Of a stretch of DNA of 64,000 nt, positions 13,201 through 28,200 are shown piece by piece. The stretch is from positions 32,364,001 to 32,428,000 of the forward strand of contig OZ249438.1 in NCBI GenBank assembly GCA_965235115.1. Reading direction: 5' to 3'. Positions within the stretch are counted from its first letter, which is position 1, and each line of letters starts with the position of its first letter. The notes beneath the pieces were generated by a model, which had not been told where the DNA came from, ran no database searches, and saw nothing but the letters and a program-made list of their open reading frames with translations. Source of the stretch: Laetmonice hystrix (lineage: Eukaryota). Made by a program: the position numbers and the translations under genes.

Positions 13201-16200
13201 CCTCAGTTGAACATGTGCCAGATGTTGAAACCAATGAAAAGATTCGAGATGTCGTCGATCGTAGGTCGTAAAGAGCCGGAGGGCAAGGTGTACAATGTGT
13301 GGCCAGGTCAAGAGATATGTACGAAGACCAACTTGGAACTGTCGTTGCATGTTGCCTAGCTGCGAAAACAATAATTCTGCATGTCATATTACCAACCTGA
13401 GTCAGTAACAGTTACCACAGTAACTCATGGCATGAAATTTACATTGTTCATTCTGACATTGCTAACTTGCCAAACCAAGATATTTCTGGGTGGAGTAAAG
13501 TTATGCTCGTTTTATCATTTCAGTGTTAGTACCGGTACAATGGGTTTGTAACCCCTCTTGTATTAAATGGCACTTACAGGTTTGGATTAAAGAGAACTAT
13601 ATCGATTACGAAATATCGATTATAAATGAGAGAAATTGGTATTACTGTCCCAAGGATGTCATTAAAATACAGTAATCCGGTGTTGGTAGAGTGAAGGAAT
13701 CATTTCAAAGGTCGGCTCCATGAACTTATCCTGTAATGGAGGTTTGATTTATGGATGATTTCCCATTGACTTTTTGAACCTTTGATGCGGTGTAATGTGG
13801 GCGTGGTGCCTGAAGCAGAATAGATACGTGGCCGGTATAGATCACACCTTGTGGTTGAACTGGTTGTTTGAGGTCTCTGCTACAGTAAACCTCACTGAAC
13901 CCTGAGTACAGCGCCTTACTGCTAGTTCTCAAGGCTTGAATGACATTGTTTCTTGCTGAATACAATTAAAACAACAGACAATTGTTTTCGTGTACGAATG
14001 TTAAATAATGGTACAGAATGTTTTCATTCGGTTTAGGGATAAACTACATCAAGAAAACAATGAATTTGAAGGTAAAATATGCTATCGTCAGAATGCAAGA
14101 AACTTTTCAATGTTAAAGTCTGAAGTTGAATGCGACATTAAACCCAGCTGGTCACAATAACCTTTCTGCTTGTAATGGTCAAGGTATACCTGTGTACCCT
14201 TCCGTCGTTGCTTTAGTCGGTCTTTCACCCATGCCGTCACGTACCCTGACCTGGTCAGGATGTCTGGTTCAGTCTGGCTGCCTTTCCCAGTGAGGGCGTT
14301 GCTGAAGGCTTTCAGTACATCATGTTAATTACAGACATTCCTGATGGGTAACTCCGAACAAGTATAGCGGTAGAAACTGATTACCCTAGCCTGGGTCCAC
14401 GAGCCATCAAGTCAACGGTATGCCCAATCGTTTACTGTCATTTCCTTTTCCCGTGTTGCCCTTTGCCCTTCCTTGATTATTTCCTGAAGGGTTTACCCGC
14501 ATAACGCACACGAGGTAACGGGCAAAGACAACAGTAAAGTTATTACTGCAGGCCATAACCATGTAATTTTATTCGGAGAGTAATTAGAGGTCGGTTAAAA
14601 AAGTTCAATAAATTAGGACGGCATTAGGGCACTAGATGTCGGTCGGATAATCCATGAGAATGGTTTTAAAGCTCTATCATGCTCTGCCCCTATTAAACGT
14701 CCTATAAAAACTGTGGCCGAAAGCCAATAAACTCATGTATATATTTGAAAAAGAAAAGTTTCCTTTGGAGTTGGAATGTAAACAGATAAGCCCTCCATGT
14801 ACGGAAACTGACCGGTATCCCTTCTCAAGAGCCCAAGGTTGGTGAAGGTCTCTAGCTTCCCGACGGCGGCGGGCATTGTGACAGACGAAATGCTCGTGAA
14901 AATATTCGGGCTGCTCTTGTGCCGACAGGGCTGTCAGTGTGTTGAAAGTTGATTCTGTTTGAGGTTCACAGATTTGTATTGTTGGCCAGCCGAAGGTGTC
15001 ACTCGAGCATGCAGCCGATAGATACAAAAGTCAACGGTATTTTAACTCGAGGTGATGTCAGCTGTCGCTTGGTGGGAGTCGGCTGTCGACCTCTTTACAT
15101 CGCAACATTTGTCGTTCTTTTCTTTTTTCTTGCTTTTTTAAAACTATTTTTTGGGGAGAAAAGTTGGTAAATTTAGGATCGGCGGTTAAGAGTTGGCCAC
15201 TGTCGAAGTTCTGGCGCTTACTATGGTGTCTATAGTTAAGAGCAGTCAAGGAGTGTCGCGGGATAAGGAATACTTGTGGCAGCTGTCGGCATTTGGATGA
15301 AGGGAGGCTATAGGAAGTTACATCATCTTGGACAACTATTTCTGACTTCATAGACGAAGACTTAATTACAGGTGAAATACCGATACACCTGTGTCAGTGT
15401 GGTCAGGTGAATGTCTTGAAGACGTCACCTGACCGAGGTAAATGTCCGTTTGATATGTCCTTTTGACCTGTGAAGTCCGCCCTGCAGCTTTCTGACAGTC
15501 TAAACCCGGGGCAGGCCGTGTACTGTTAACTAGATGATCATTGGTTGTGGTCAGACCACCAGCTGGACTCATGCCATTTTACCGATCCGTTCACTTTGAC
15601 CAAACTACCTCCTAACTGCCCCAAAGACAGCGCCTGCAGAATGAGCAGTTGAATAATGCATGGGCTTTGGTGACCTTATGCAAGGTTATCAGTGGAAACG
15701 TGCTTGACGGTCCCGGCCACGTTTGGGACCACAACAAAGGCTCTTGCCGGCCACTAATATTGGGTGGGTGGGGGTGGGGGGCATTGTCATGACCACCGCG
15801 GACAGAATGAAGTCGTAGCTGTAATTAGATGCAGCTGCTGTATTGTCTGTATGTAGAATGACTCAGATTTGGAGTCGTTCAGTTTCCAAGATAATCTTGA
15901 GTATTTAGCCGATCTAAAGCACAAGTGCCACTTTTGCCAGGTTTGTTCCCCAACGGTTGTTTACAATCAAGAGAGAATGGTTCAGGGTTCAGCCTCACAG
16001 GTTAACTACACACTCGTGGGAGAACTTAAATCTATGGTATATTTCACAGTTGTCAATAAACACGGGCAATTAATTACCTTGTATACTGGTAGCCAATATC
16101 GGAGTGGTAATTAGTGCTCGCACTAGAACGAATTAAGTTTAGTGAGCAATGTTGCCATTTGAATGAATATTTAAAAATGAAAATTTATTGCTTATTTGTG

Positions 16201-19200
16201 AACTGACTGAAGTGTATTACCTTTTGATGTATGTAGTTATTAATTATCATTACTATTAGGAGATTATCTCTATTACATACCAGTTATGTTGGTGAGCCCT
16301 CCCCCCTCCCCCCCCCCCCAATGAATTATTCAGGAGAGGGGATAAATTAGCATACTGTACAAAGAGATGTGTAAATTACCATTCAGGATGTTATCCATGC
16401 ATTGCCCTACTTCCTGAGCGCAGGGCCCAGTCATTGGTATCAATGGTGGTCAATGGCAACGTGTGAATGGGCTATCTGTAAGGCCAAGGTCACTGAGTCT
16501 GAGCCTAGTCGCCAGGGGGAGTGATGGTCACTTCTCCGCTCGCCGAGTGATAAGCTGTAAGCGATGACCATTAAGCCTGACTGACGGCCGATCTGGTATC
16601 CACTGACCGGTCAATGAAATGAAGGAGAGCTTATAGCTCATGTCTGAAACCCTTCAGATCCTGCCTAGACTACTATCACACTTTACGGGATGGAATGAAG
16701 GAGAGCTTATAGCTCATGTCTGAAACCCTTCAGATCCTGCCTAGACTACTATCACACTTTACGGGGTGGAATGAAGGAGAGCTTATAGCTCATGTCTGAA
16801 ACCCTTCAGATCCTGCCTAGACTACTATCACACTATACGGGGTGGAATGAAGGAGAGCTTATAGCTCATGTCTGAAACCCTTCAGATCCTGCCTAGACTA
16901 CTATCACACTTTACGGGATGGAATGAAGGAGAGCTTATAGCTCATGTCTGAAACCCTTTAGATCCTGCCTAGACTACTATCACACTTTACGGAACTCGTT
17001 ATCGGGGCAGTTCTCCTTCGCTAGCAGGACGATTTCTTTCTCATAACCCGGCGACATCTGCCCCCTTGGCTTTATTGATCTCGTTTGGCTCTGGCATTTC
17101 TTTTTATCAATAAACATGAGCTTATGTTAGCATAATACACCCTTTACTAATGTGTATAATAACAGCGTAGAACATACCCCGGAACGAAACGTTTCTGTTT
17201 TGATTGGACACGTGAGTGGTGTTGCCAGCGGCTACACGTGGTCATACATACATGTATCTAGACGTCGTATCCTTCCTTAACCAAACGTCACATGGCACAA
17301 TAATTGTTTGGGGCAGTGTCTGAGTTGTCATGGATACCACCTTGCTGTGCCCCAAGCCCACCGGCTGTGCCCTATTAGTGTTAGCCCCCTCCTCCACCAT
17401 ATGATCACACATCACTAGAAATACCCATCAAAAACCGCTCACGTTGATTTTAAATTACCTTCCATATCAAGGATTAAGACTGCATTTCAAACGAAGGTGT
17501 ATCAGAACTCTTTAGTCTGAATCACTTATTGCGAAGTTTATGAGCCCGTAAGCCTCAGGATTTAGGGATTGCCAATTGTTGTGGAACGTCGTGCTTCAGC
17601 TTTGTATGTATTTCCAGGTCAGATTCTGTTTGCGACATGTTTTCAGCTATGGTATTGTGAGCCCCGGGGCTAATTTCAAACATTGAAGACTTAAAAGTCA
17701 TCCTTTTAAATTGAACGCACGAATATTGGCTTAATAATAAATGAAGATCGGCTCTTTGATCGTTCGAAGATCAATGGATTAGGACGGGGATGATTCATTC
17801 TGAATCTAACGGATCAACTTTAATTCCTTGGTAACTAAAGATGACCGGTATACACTCACCAAAACCACTGAAATAGGAAACATTTATCCCGCCGACTCCA
17901 GGTGTAATGTGTGTGTAATCAATGCATACAAGTCACCTTCCGTTGGTATATGTGTGTAAAGATCATCCCATTACATATACGGTGGCGGGGTGATGAATTG
18001 TTATTCCTAGATCAAACGCTGCCGGTGTCGGTGAATATATGCTGGAATGTGTATTGTATCACCTAGAGATTGATCATAATTTGGTCTAGAGGCGTCATTG
18101 CGGCTATACCCCCGACACCCCCCCCCCCCCTTCTGCCCCCAACCTTCACCGCCACCTCCTTGGAATACCTGTTTGACAGGCGGGTGTCGTCGCCACAAGG
18201 GTTGCGTCTACCATACATGGCGTACAGTTAGCGGTGAACCGAGCACATTCCTCACCCACAAACCCACCTTTGTTGGAGTCCGGGTTGGGGGTCCGCGGTT
18301 CATGTTGACCAAGTGACGGCAGCCAAGTGATACAAGTCGCATCATCTGTCAACCACTGTCCCATCTACACGTGGCCAATCTTTCTTAAGATGTCGCAACG
18401 GTCATGTACGGAACCTGCCAACAGTGCGCCCGACTTTAGAGTGGACACAGTCGGAACGTCGCCCTTTCCGAGTTTGCAGGCTTCTCAGTAATTTCTTAAA
18501 ACTGCAGGTTCTTACTGTCCGTAGCTATTATAACCTAAGGTGTAGGGCTCAGCGGTCAATGCAGAAACTTATGGTAGAGGTATTACTGACCTGTTAAAGT
18601 TGAGCTATAGCCCTCCCGTAACCATAGATAGGAGGATCATGGCTACGGTTGCAGGTTGTTTGAACAGTATTCACCTACTGGTTGCATGGTCATGTTTGCA
18701 GGTTCCGAAGGTCGGGGTGATTCAGGGTGCAGGTCACAATATAATGGTTGCCTAAGGTGGCGAATGGCAAATGCTATCGGCCGATGATGTTTTAGACACT
18801 TTTCAAAGTTTCAATGCCTGCAGGTTACGAAGATTTGGTTGATTAAGCTTGCGATGAAGTAGAAAAGTCATCAGAGGTTACTATGAGGAATCGTAGACCT
18901 CATTACTTAGAACTAGCTCCCCTTTCTTATTCACTATAGCAACCAAATCAAAGTCTGAAATTTCGCATTTTAAAGTGTGTAATTTGTTATATATAGATCG
19001 ACATAAATGATATAAAAGTAAATGCAATTGCCGAGTAAAGTCAGAGACTGGATGTTTGACGTTCATAAAAAGAGAAAATCACGTCCTAGTGAAGAACCCC
19101 TACAGCTAAAGTCTTGTTGCATCATTATATCCATTTTAGTACCAGACAAAGCCTGACATTATAATGTCAGAACGAGCACCCAGACAGTAATTCAACTCGG

Positions 19201-22200
19201 GACTATTCCGTTAAGTCGTCGACGTCAGATATGCTCTGTCATTACCAGCCAACAGACGACCACCCAATGTCGGGAGTTAGAATAACCCTCAAATTTCAAA
19301 CTCGTAGCTCAAACTCTAAACGCCACGTCGGTGAATACGACTTTACACAGCTTCGACTTGGGCGTTTGATTGATTGGCTGGGTGACTTGACAAAAGACCA
19401 CGACTGGTCGAAAGGGACAGTAGCTGACAGTGGAGGTGAGGGTAGTTTTACTACGGACTCTGGTAAAACAGGTGTGGTAGGAGGTTGCGGACAGATCAAG
19501 GCAGCGGAGGGAGAAGTTTTGAAGGAGGTCAACACAGGAAAGGGGTCGACAGGGGCGTGCCAAGGCAGTGGGGTGGCTTTGGGAGTGTTGGACAAGACAG
19601 GGCAGGATTTATCACTGAATTGGTTAACGTTACGGAATGTTCACCTGTAACTATAGCACTAGGTACTGTAGCTCATCAAGCCATATGTTGCGAGTGGGTA
19701 AGGGGGTAACACGCGCCAAGTGACCTGATTTGACCTGTCTGGATCCCAACTAGACGGAGGGGGGGGGCGATAAGTGCAGGGTATTAAAATACCATATGGA
19801 CTGAGCTATACATAACAGGTTAAGACCCTAGCGAAAGTAAAACAAATTTAACTTTTTTTCGCCAGCACTTTAATAAGGCTTCGGCACTTATCCTTGCAAT
19901 TCCCAGTTGCGAGTAGCAATTTAAGATTATCATCTGAACAAATTGGGACGTCTAGGTCAGGCACGAAATACAGGTACAGGGCATAGCAGGATAAAATAGT
20001 TTTTTCTTTCCAAGAACATAAAACACTTTTGAGGTGTAAGATTTCACAGACGCCGTTATAATTAGTGACGTTGGTCGATTTTATGTCGACATTTACACAG
20101 AACCTAAGTATATATTTGTGGTATAGAAGCGAACAGACAACCGTAGTGGTAGTAAATGTTTGTTGTATGGTACAATCAGTTTAGTTCATCCTCCGGATAG
20201 GGAGGGTCTGACATCGATGGACCTGTCATTATGGAACCCACGGCCACTAGCTTTGTGTTGTGGTCGCACTCATGGCTGGTGGCGGGACCACAGGAAATGA
20301 CAGGGCCTTGTACAAAAGCCCCCTGATGGCCCCACAATCAAACCACACTACAGGAAGACGGTCACTTGTCGACTACGTCTCCTGTTGGTGACTTGGGACG
20401 TTTACAAGGTGCTTGGGTCTAATCCCAATAGTCACGTCTCAATTCGTTCACCGCAGACAGGTTTTTACTGTCAGATCGAAAGTACAGATAGTATGTAGGA
20501 CACTTTTTAACACTGCAAACCTGCATTGAAAAGTTCTTTTGCTCGTTGCAACCGGCATGTCATACAAAGTAGTGCTATTCAGTAGGAACCATGAATGGAG
20601 TTCATACGTACAACTACGGGGTGGCTACTAAATTTACATTTGATGGAAATGTTGCCAATTTAAAAAGACCTTTTAAGGTACCCTGGGATGTGGCTGAATC
20701 AGACTTAATTTTAGACATTCACTTGTACATGACGCTTAGTGTGAAGTAAAAAATAAAGTTGCTCTGATGAAAATGGAGCCAGCCCTTACCATAACTTCAA
20801 CAAAAATATGATTAAATTTGTGGAATCGCATATATGTGCCAATTGTGCGGTCAGTTAACAGCCCATGGTTTAGAGTATTAGAGGGTATAGCTTTCAAGAC
20901 GTTCTCGGCATTCTTATTGCATTAGTTATGTATCTAAAATTATTATTAACGTTTTCTAATATTGAAGTCATTTTTTGTTGTTTTAGGATGAGCTGGACCT
21001 GGACAAGTCGCATCGAGATGCGATGTTCAACATGCCCCCAGAAAAGAAGTGGCAGATCTACTGCAGCAAGAAAAAGGTAAGGAAGTCGTAGATCTGCTTA
21101 GTTATGTAACGCTCGCCCGTTTCTGTATTTCATCTTGGTTTAGGTTAGGCGTGTTATCGTGCCAATTATGAAGAAATTAGTTTCTATATAGCGCAGGTAT
21201 AAATTGATTAAAAAGAATTAGCGAGAGAATGAAAGTACATGTACTGCATATATACGGGTACCATTTGGGACACAGGTATGTATCAAAAACTGGAAGGCAG
21301 ATGTAAAAAGATAATTGATTTTCGTGCATTAGTGAATGCCACGAATAGCTTTTATGATCTAGGTAGGTTTGTGTTGATATTCTGGTGGTGCAGCTATAAT
21401 CAACAATAGGATCTACCTTAGACCTGGCCTCGTGCCAAACGTGTGGATCTTGGCAGTATGTCAGACCCAACTCCGTGTGAGGGATCATTTTCTCTTATTT
21501 GTCTTCTGTGAGCAATTTATTACTCGTTTTGAAGGGGATATTTAGGTTGGCAACCGCATCCCCTTTAATCAGGCCCGCCCGAGTTAGGTACATGTTGATT
21601 TGATTGATAGATATACCATATTGTTGAAGCTGACTGTAATGGGAAAGGTTGGTTTACCGTTGATGTATGAGTGAACCTCTTCAATAGGTAGGATATATAT
21701 GTATGAGAGAATCAAGCTAACACATCCTGCTCCCAGGTTCAGGTGTCCAGGGCGCCATCTGTCAACGTAATTGTGCATCAAAGAACACATCACGTCCCTC
21801 GGGGGTAATTTTTTAGGTTTTCTGTCCGGGTAAGGTGGTCGTTTGTCTGAGATGGGCGCACAGTGACGGTGAGCGACAGTAAATCTTGTCTCGGTGTGGT
21901 GGCATGCACACACCTGACGCTACCGGCACAGGCCCATAATAGGGGACACCCCAACGGACGTAACTCGACACATACTAAATAATCGTGTTTTTTTTGGTCG
22001 TGGGTGCCGTGTTGAAAAACATGCTCTTCTTGAGATCAAGCTCGGCAACTACCAGTATGGAAGTGTTTAAAAAATTATTAAAAACAAAATTGTACATGAT
22101 TGATGCGTGGAGGATATTTCTTGTATGTAATTTAAGGTGCCACGATCATGCTTTCCATGTGGCGTTTATAGACCATGAAAGTAAAGCAGTTAGATCTGTT

Positions 22201-25200
22201 ATTATTCGACGACTGGTGTGTGCGAGTATGACGGCATGTCTGGCCAACTTGTGAACGGCACAGTTTTTCATATCGACGTGCCTCAAGTTGAAAATTCGGC
22301 AGCAAAGTTGGCTAGTTAGCGGCATATAGGCCTACTGTATGGAGGTTTAACTGCCCTCGTATTTATAAAGCCGTTTGCTGACATGTTAGTTGGAAACGTT
22401 GATTGCCCTAACGTCGACCTCCGGTGGTAATTATCTCAATCCTGGGCGACGACTCCTTCCCGTGAAAAAAAAAAAAGAAAAAAATTATTTAAAAAATTGA
22501 AAAAGTATCCGCCATTGACGGTCGAGCTACACGAGCGCCACCTGTCGACGAACAAGTGACACCAAAGACAATACACCGTACACAGACCTCAATATCGGTG
22601 AAATTATGTGGGTCAACAGCAATTATCACCATTCAACGTGCACCTGTTTGGTTAATTCCGCCCCGGACACCTCAGGAACCCATTGTTTGGAATGGAACAC
22701 TCATCTGTGGACCTCACTGAGGTTGATGTGACCCGGCTCGGACAGCGTCGGCCTGACCCATCAGTGGTCGTCTGCTAGCTGTCGTCAGGCATTGTGATGA
22801 CGTAATCACAAGTAGAATCGTGTTCCCTAGGTGGCCTGATTGAAAGTCTGCTGAGGTTCCCACGTGATGCTGGTGTTTGTCCGTCAAACAGGTCGAGTAC
22901 CTTGTCTGGCATTGAAGAGTTTAGCGTCGACCTGGCCACAGAACAAAGACCAGTTCGTGACTACCCTATATCTTCCCGCTTTGTCTTAAAGGAGCGGGTA
23001 CCCTCAACCACGGCTGATCCCAATACCCAGTCTATTTATGGCAATGTTACAAATACGCCTGGTTGTGAATCGTTGGACGGAGGAGACTATTTGTATGTAC
23101 ATGTACCTGCTCCCCAACTATACCAAACCCAAATTCTCTACTACCACTTTAGAACAAAACTGCATGATTCCAATTTGTTTAACTGTTCCGTCCTACTGTG
23201 ACCGACAGTGGACCAAGAGCGTACGTATGTTCAAAGTGGTAACTCGCCATGATGTATAGGAAGTTCAGATTGGATGTTAATTACCTTTCTCCTCCATCTT
23301 GGTGTAAGGGCAATTCATTTTCCGAGATTCACATAATGGCACCGTCTGGGTATACTTCAAACTTGTTACGTGATGACAAGTGTGTCCAAAGTGCTAAATC
23401 GAAAATGACATATTGTTGGCTGGAATAATACGATGCTGATTGAACGTTTCTCCTGCCCTTTGTGTTTTTCATCCCAGCCTCTATCTCAGCCTGACCTAAT
23501 ATCAAACTATGTTTGCGTCATGACACGAAACAGCATGAGGACATCGTAAGGGATACATCATCTTCTGTCAGCCACTTCTTAACCCGTCAGTACTGTGTCT
23601 AGATACAGAGAACGAAAGTAGTCCAGAGTCGAAATGAGGCTCTCATTTGTAGGAGATATTATTGACTGTTGAACCTGGGCCTGTCGTGGCTGGGAGCGGG
23701 AAGGAAATTGTAATGTTTGTACTGGGGAGGTTTGGTTTGTTTGGGTGGACTTGTCATCGTGGAGAGAATCCACTCACAGTCAGATACTGTTTGACAGTAT
23801 CATATTGCGGGGGTCTGGGTGATTTCAACCCTTGCCGAACCGTCAGCCACACAATTACCAATGTTAGGCGGGTAGTAAGGATGTATTTGCTCAATTTAAT
23901 CAGACCTACAGAGACTTTGGTTGAAGGAAATTAATGGGTGGAATACACATGACTCACGGACTAATCATGTGACATTCTAAAGTTAGGGAGCGGTTTCTAT
24001 GGCAACATAGATCTTCTGCTCCGGTGAACACAGATATTAAAGGGTAGCAGACGGCAAGTGGACGAGAAGAGTGCCCTTTGCTCAATAATTGATTCGGGCT
24101 CATACAGAGCTACAAGTTTATGTTGAGTAGTATGCCAACGAAAGCGTGTCAGACTCACTCAAAATGTTGATGCTGATTATGTTATTAAGAGGAGCGAAGC
24201 AGTGACTGAGTGTTAAATAGCAATAGGTTAATAGGGTAGCTAGTGTTCATTAAGACGTAAGTTGATTACAGATTGTCAAAATGACCTTTGCTTTGAAGTA
24301 CAAACTCGCTGTATTACCATTGCCCTTTTCACTAAATCCTGGGTGACCCCCCAAAAAACAAAAACAGAACCTATACTAAGTCTTCTAAAATCTCTAACTC
24401 TCCATAGAATATGTTCAGATTTGGTATGCCTTAACTATCATGCCTAATGTCCTTGCACAGTTTTAGTCAATTCCAATTCCTGGTTCGGATGTTATGCCCT
24501 GTTAAAAATATGCTCCAAATGTCCCCCACGGCGTTGTAAGCACACTTGGATTCTGCGGGCGAAGTTAACTGAATATAATGGTCTTTGGTGGGGGGAACAA
24601 TTTCGAGACAATTGACCTGCTGAAGACAACCATAACAAGGAGAATACCGAGCAACACTGCGTGAGTAATGTGTGCGTGTGATTGACAACTTCGCCCGCAG
24701 AATCCAAGTGTGCTTACAACGCCGTGGGGGACATTTGGAGCATATTTTTAACAGGTTCTGTTTTTTAGGGGTCACCCTGTACTTCGATTTTGAAAAATGA
24801 TGCAAACAACAATTGAGGAATCAAAGGATTTGAAAGAACTAGTTTGAAGTCGATTTAAACAGCTAACTTCCATCAGTCAGTACATCTTTTTTTGGGGTGT
24901 GTTGGGGGATAGGATATTTTATCAAACTAAATCACCCTCAGTAGGAGGGGTCAATTCAATTTAGAGATGATATTAGTGCATGTTTATACGATGAGCCAGT
25001 TGGATTCGGACGGGTTCGGAGGGGGGTCCAGTCGGCGGGCGGACCTTGTTCAGTCACAGTCCATCGTCAGTCTGGCACGACCCCAGTCTCGGTAACGCCA
25101 GACTGGCACGACCCACGGCTGGCCACCGGAAGTGTATCTAGGGGTCAAGTTGGCAATGACCGCAGGAGTGATGGCCAAAGTGGATGAAGGATTGCAGGGG

Positions 25201-28200
25201 GCGGGTATGGTGGATAGAGAAACTGATCAGGCTAAGTGAGATGCTCAGGCCCTCAGTCAGGGTTACTTAGCCTTGTCAGGAATGATAACATAGAACCGTA
25301 ATGAAGGCTAAGTTTTGTGGGAGCAGCCACGGACTATTATCAAGATATATAGGGGAGGAAACACGTGAGTGAGCGCTAAAATAGAAACATGTGCATGATG
25401 CCACCAAGGACGAAGGGAAGGCTGAGCGTAGGATGAGAACCTCGCTTGCCTCGGTTCTCGCCATCTGACTTGACACTAGTCAGTGAATGGTTTATTCTAG
25501 TAAAGGCATGGGTAAGGGAGTGAGGAGTTGAGGGGATGAACTTTTATGTAATGCAAGATATTATCTTCACATAAGTTTACTCGGAGTTTCTGTCATTTTG
25601 ATTTCAAAACAGAAAAAGGTGGGATGGGTGCGTATATTTGAGTAAATGGCCACGTATTTCCCCATCACATTGGTTCTCCGGTTTAAATATTAAGGTCCAT
25701 CGACTGCGGGACAAAACCCTGTCCTACCAAAGACCTGCACTGAGGGAGCAATAATATTTAGAAGTTACCAAGGTGATTGCAAGAAGAGTAATAAAGAAAA
25801 AAGCATTGCTTACTCCAGAGTTGATGTGAGAAATAACTCTTAATAAATTCAACAATTACTTGTGTCGGGTGCTGCCGTTATTTCTTTTTTACTGGTTTAA
25901 GTTTGCACTCAGCCGTATAATCATGTTTGTTCTTAGCTATCGGAGAATATGTAGGTTTGAAAAATAGATTCCGCTTTTTTAAGTATAATTGCCCACTTGT
26001 GTAAATTAGCATTGTATGAATACTCGTCACGCCTGGCGCCATTACCAACGATTACCGTTCTCAGTATCAGTATGAGTGTGGAGATGTGGTCGGACGGAAG
26101 AGATCAAAGGAGAAGGAATATCTTTGCTGAGTTTCCATGGCAACAGACCTGATTGATGGCAAGGTTGAATCCCGGCGGATTGAATCAAAAGTTGATTAAC
26201 AACAGTGTAATCAATCAAGGGAGAACTCCAGCGTGAGAGTGCTGTATGGTTATGATGTTGAAGGAGGTGGCTTTTCATCACAGCCCGCCGCTCTTTTTAA
26301 GGCGCAGGTATAATACCATAAATATCAAGGGAATGTTTATTGTTTCTTAAGTTAGTGCGTGATTTACTCGTAGTGGTGTTTATCAGACAAAATAGCGATG
26401 CTACACCAGTATGCCATTATTGATCACTGGAACGAGTGTCTTGGAAACTACCTATCAATTAAAACACCGTTGTCCTGCGAGCTTACAACCTGTCGTTCGG
26501 GTGTTTCTTCATCTGCGAAACTAATACTGAGTCTGCTGTCCCCTCCCCCACTGCTTGAGTTACTTCTAGAGTTCTAGTGCTGGAGGTTAGCACTCGGAGC
26601 GACGGTTGGCAGGTAGTCGTAGTTATATAGATCACCCCCTCCAACCACCCCAACTCCACCCCCGCCCAGCCGACCCCAGTCTGAGCGGACCAATCTCACC
26701 GGGTTGGAAGTGGGCAGCAGGGGGTTCGTGCCTTGATGGAAGGCCAGCTGCAGGTGACAAGAATATCGATTTACCCCATTTTAAATCACCCCACCCTCCA
26801 TATGTGCAACGGGCAACATGCCACCGTACTGTCGGACTGGAGTAAAGTGTGGAAACTCAGGAGTTTTCGAGGATTGCCAGTTCCTGAAGTATTAGCAGTA
26901 GAGTCAGCTAGTCAGGTTAAACGGAATATATTTTACTGCTTTGTGGTATCAATTATAGCAAAAAGTGATTGAATCGACAGAGAGATCCTTTCAAATTTTG
27001 AAACGGGTAACTCGCCTGTTGCCTGATGTAGAAGTACTTCCTGGATATCAGGTCAAACGAATAATCTATAGATGACCTTCAATGGGAAACTTTTGAGAAT
27101 AAAATCAAACCGAGTATGGAGTAGAAAGATGATTCAGTACCATCTAGGGTGTCTGTTGAATGTATCAATAATGGATGACTCGGGTGTTTATCTTACGGAC
27201 AGGTTCTGCTTCTCTGCATTTTTGCCCCTCATCAGCGCTACAGTATGCTCGCGTGCCCATCAGTCTGTTCCATTATCTCGGTCTAGTCTCTGTGAACGTC
27301 TTTTTCCTGTCAGTAAAATCTGTGGATGATTGGTAAACTCTGATAGAAATAGACCTTGCCAAGGTCACTCCAAGTCTGAACAGTGACCATGACTGAACCA
27401 ATATTTACCCTGTACTGGGTCAGGCTTGCGTCTGTCAGTAGAGGTAACTGGCTAAAGATCTTTGTCCGCATTCTTTTCTCACTCAGCAATTGCATTTCTC
27501 ATAAGAACAGTGGTTTTCAAGTGACATATGTTCTGTCGTTAAATGGGTTAATGACCCTAAACTTGTTAAAGTAGACACAAGAAAGTGAAGGCTGTCAGCG
27601 CTATTAAACCAGGCCGTTTGGCTGATAGTCAGGAGGACCAGTGGCCCTCCGGCAAGCGGTACAACAGCAACTGTAGTCCTTTTCAGTAAGAAACTGACAG
27701 CCTGGGATACATAGGGCTTGAGACTGCTGGCACGGGGTAGTGCATGGATTGATGGTCGTCTGGTATTGACAGGGAGGGTTGTGAAAGCTCGGCCCAGCTG
27801 AAGAATGGCAATCTGCCGGCCCAACAGGACTCACTGGTCACCAGCGGCAGACTGGTCAACTTTGACAGGGTGTCGATTGTTGGCGGATTTGTATGCGTCC
27901 TGCCTGAGGGTTCTGGTAAGACGCATGTTACTGTGGCAACGGTCCCATGTTTGGGGCGTGTCGGGCATGTTTGTAGTGGGCAATATTCACAGCACATTAT
28001 ATTAATACCACACGTACGTGCATTTTACTTGTATATTGGGTTACGTTCCTGATCGTGAGGTCATAAAAAGTTCAAAGGGAGATTCAATAGTATTCACTTT
28101 GATATGCTATACTATAACACAAGGGCTGCAGTAAAACGTCGGAGCACATTATTGGACAAAACTGGTATTCATTTATTTTGCCCAAGAACTCGGATTGGGT

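Noticed and set aside
15792-15810. RE1/REST-like half site CACCGCGGACAG
   Set aside because: Left half (TTCAG) is absent; partial match only.
27870-28052. VLPEGSGKT resembling a helicase Walker A motif
   Set aside because: Isolated motif, stops nearby, no Walker B; overlaps an X-box, so more likely regulatory DNA.
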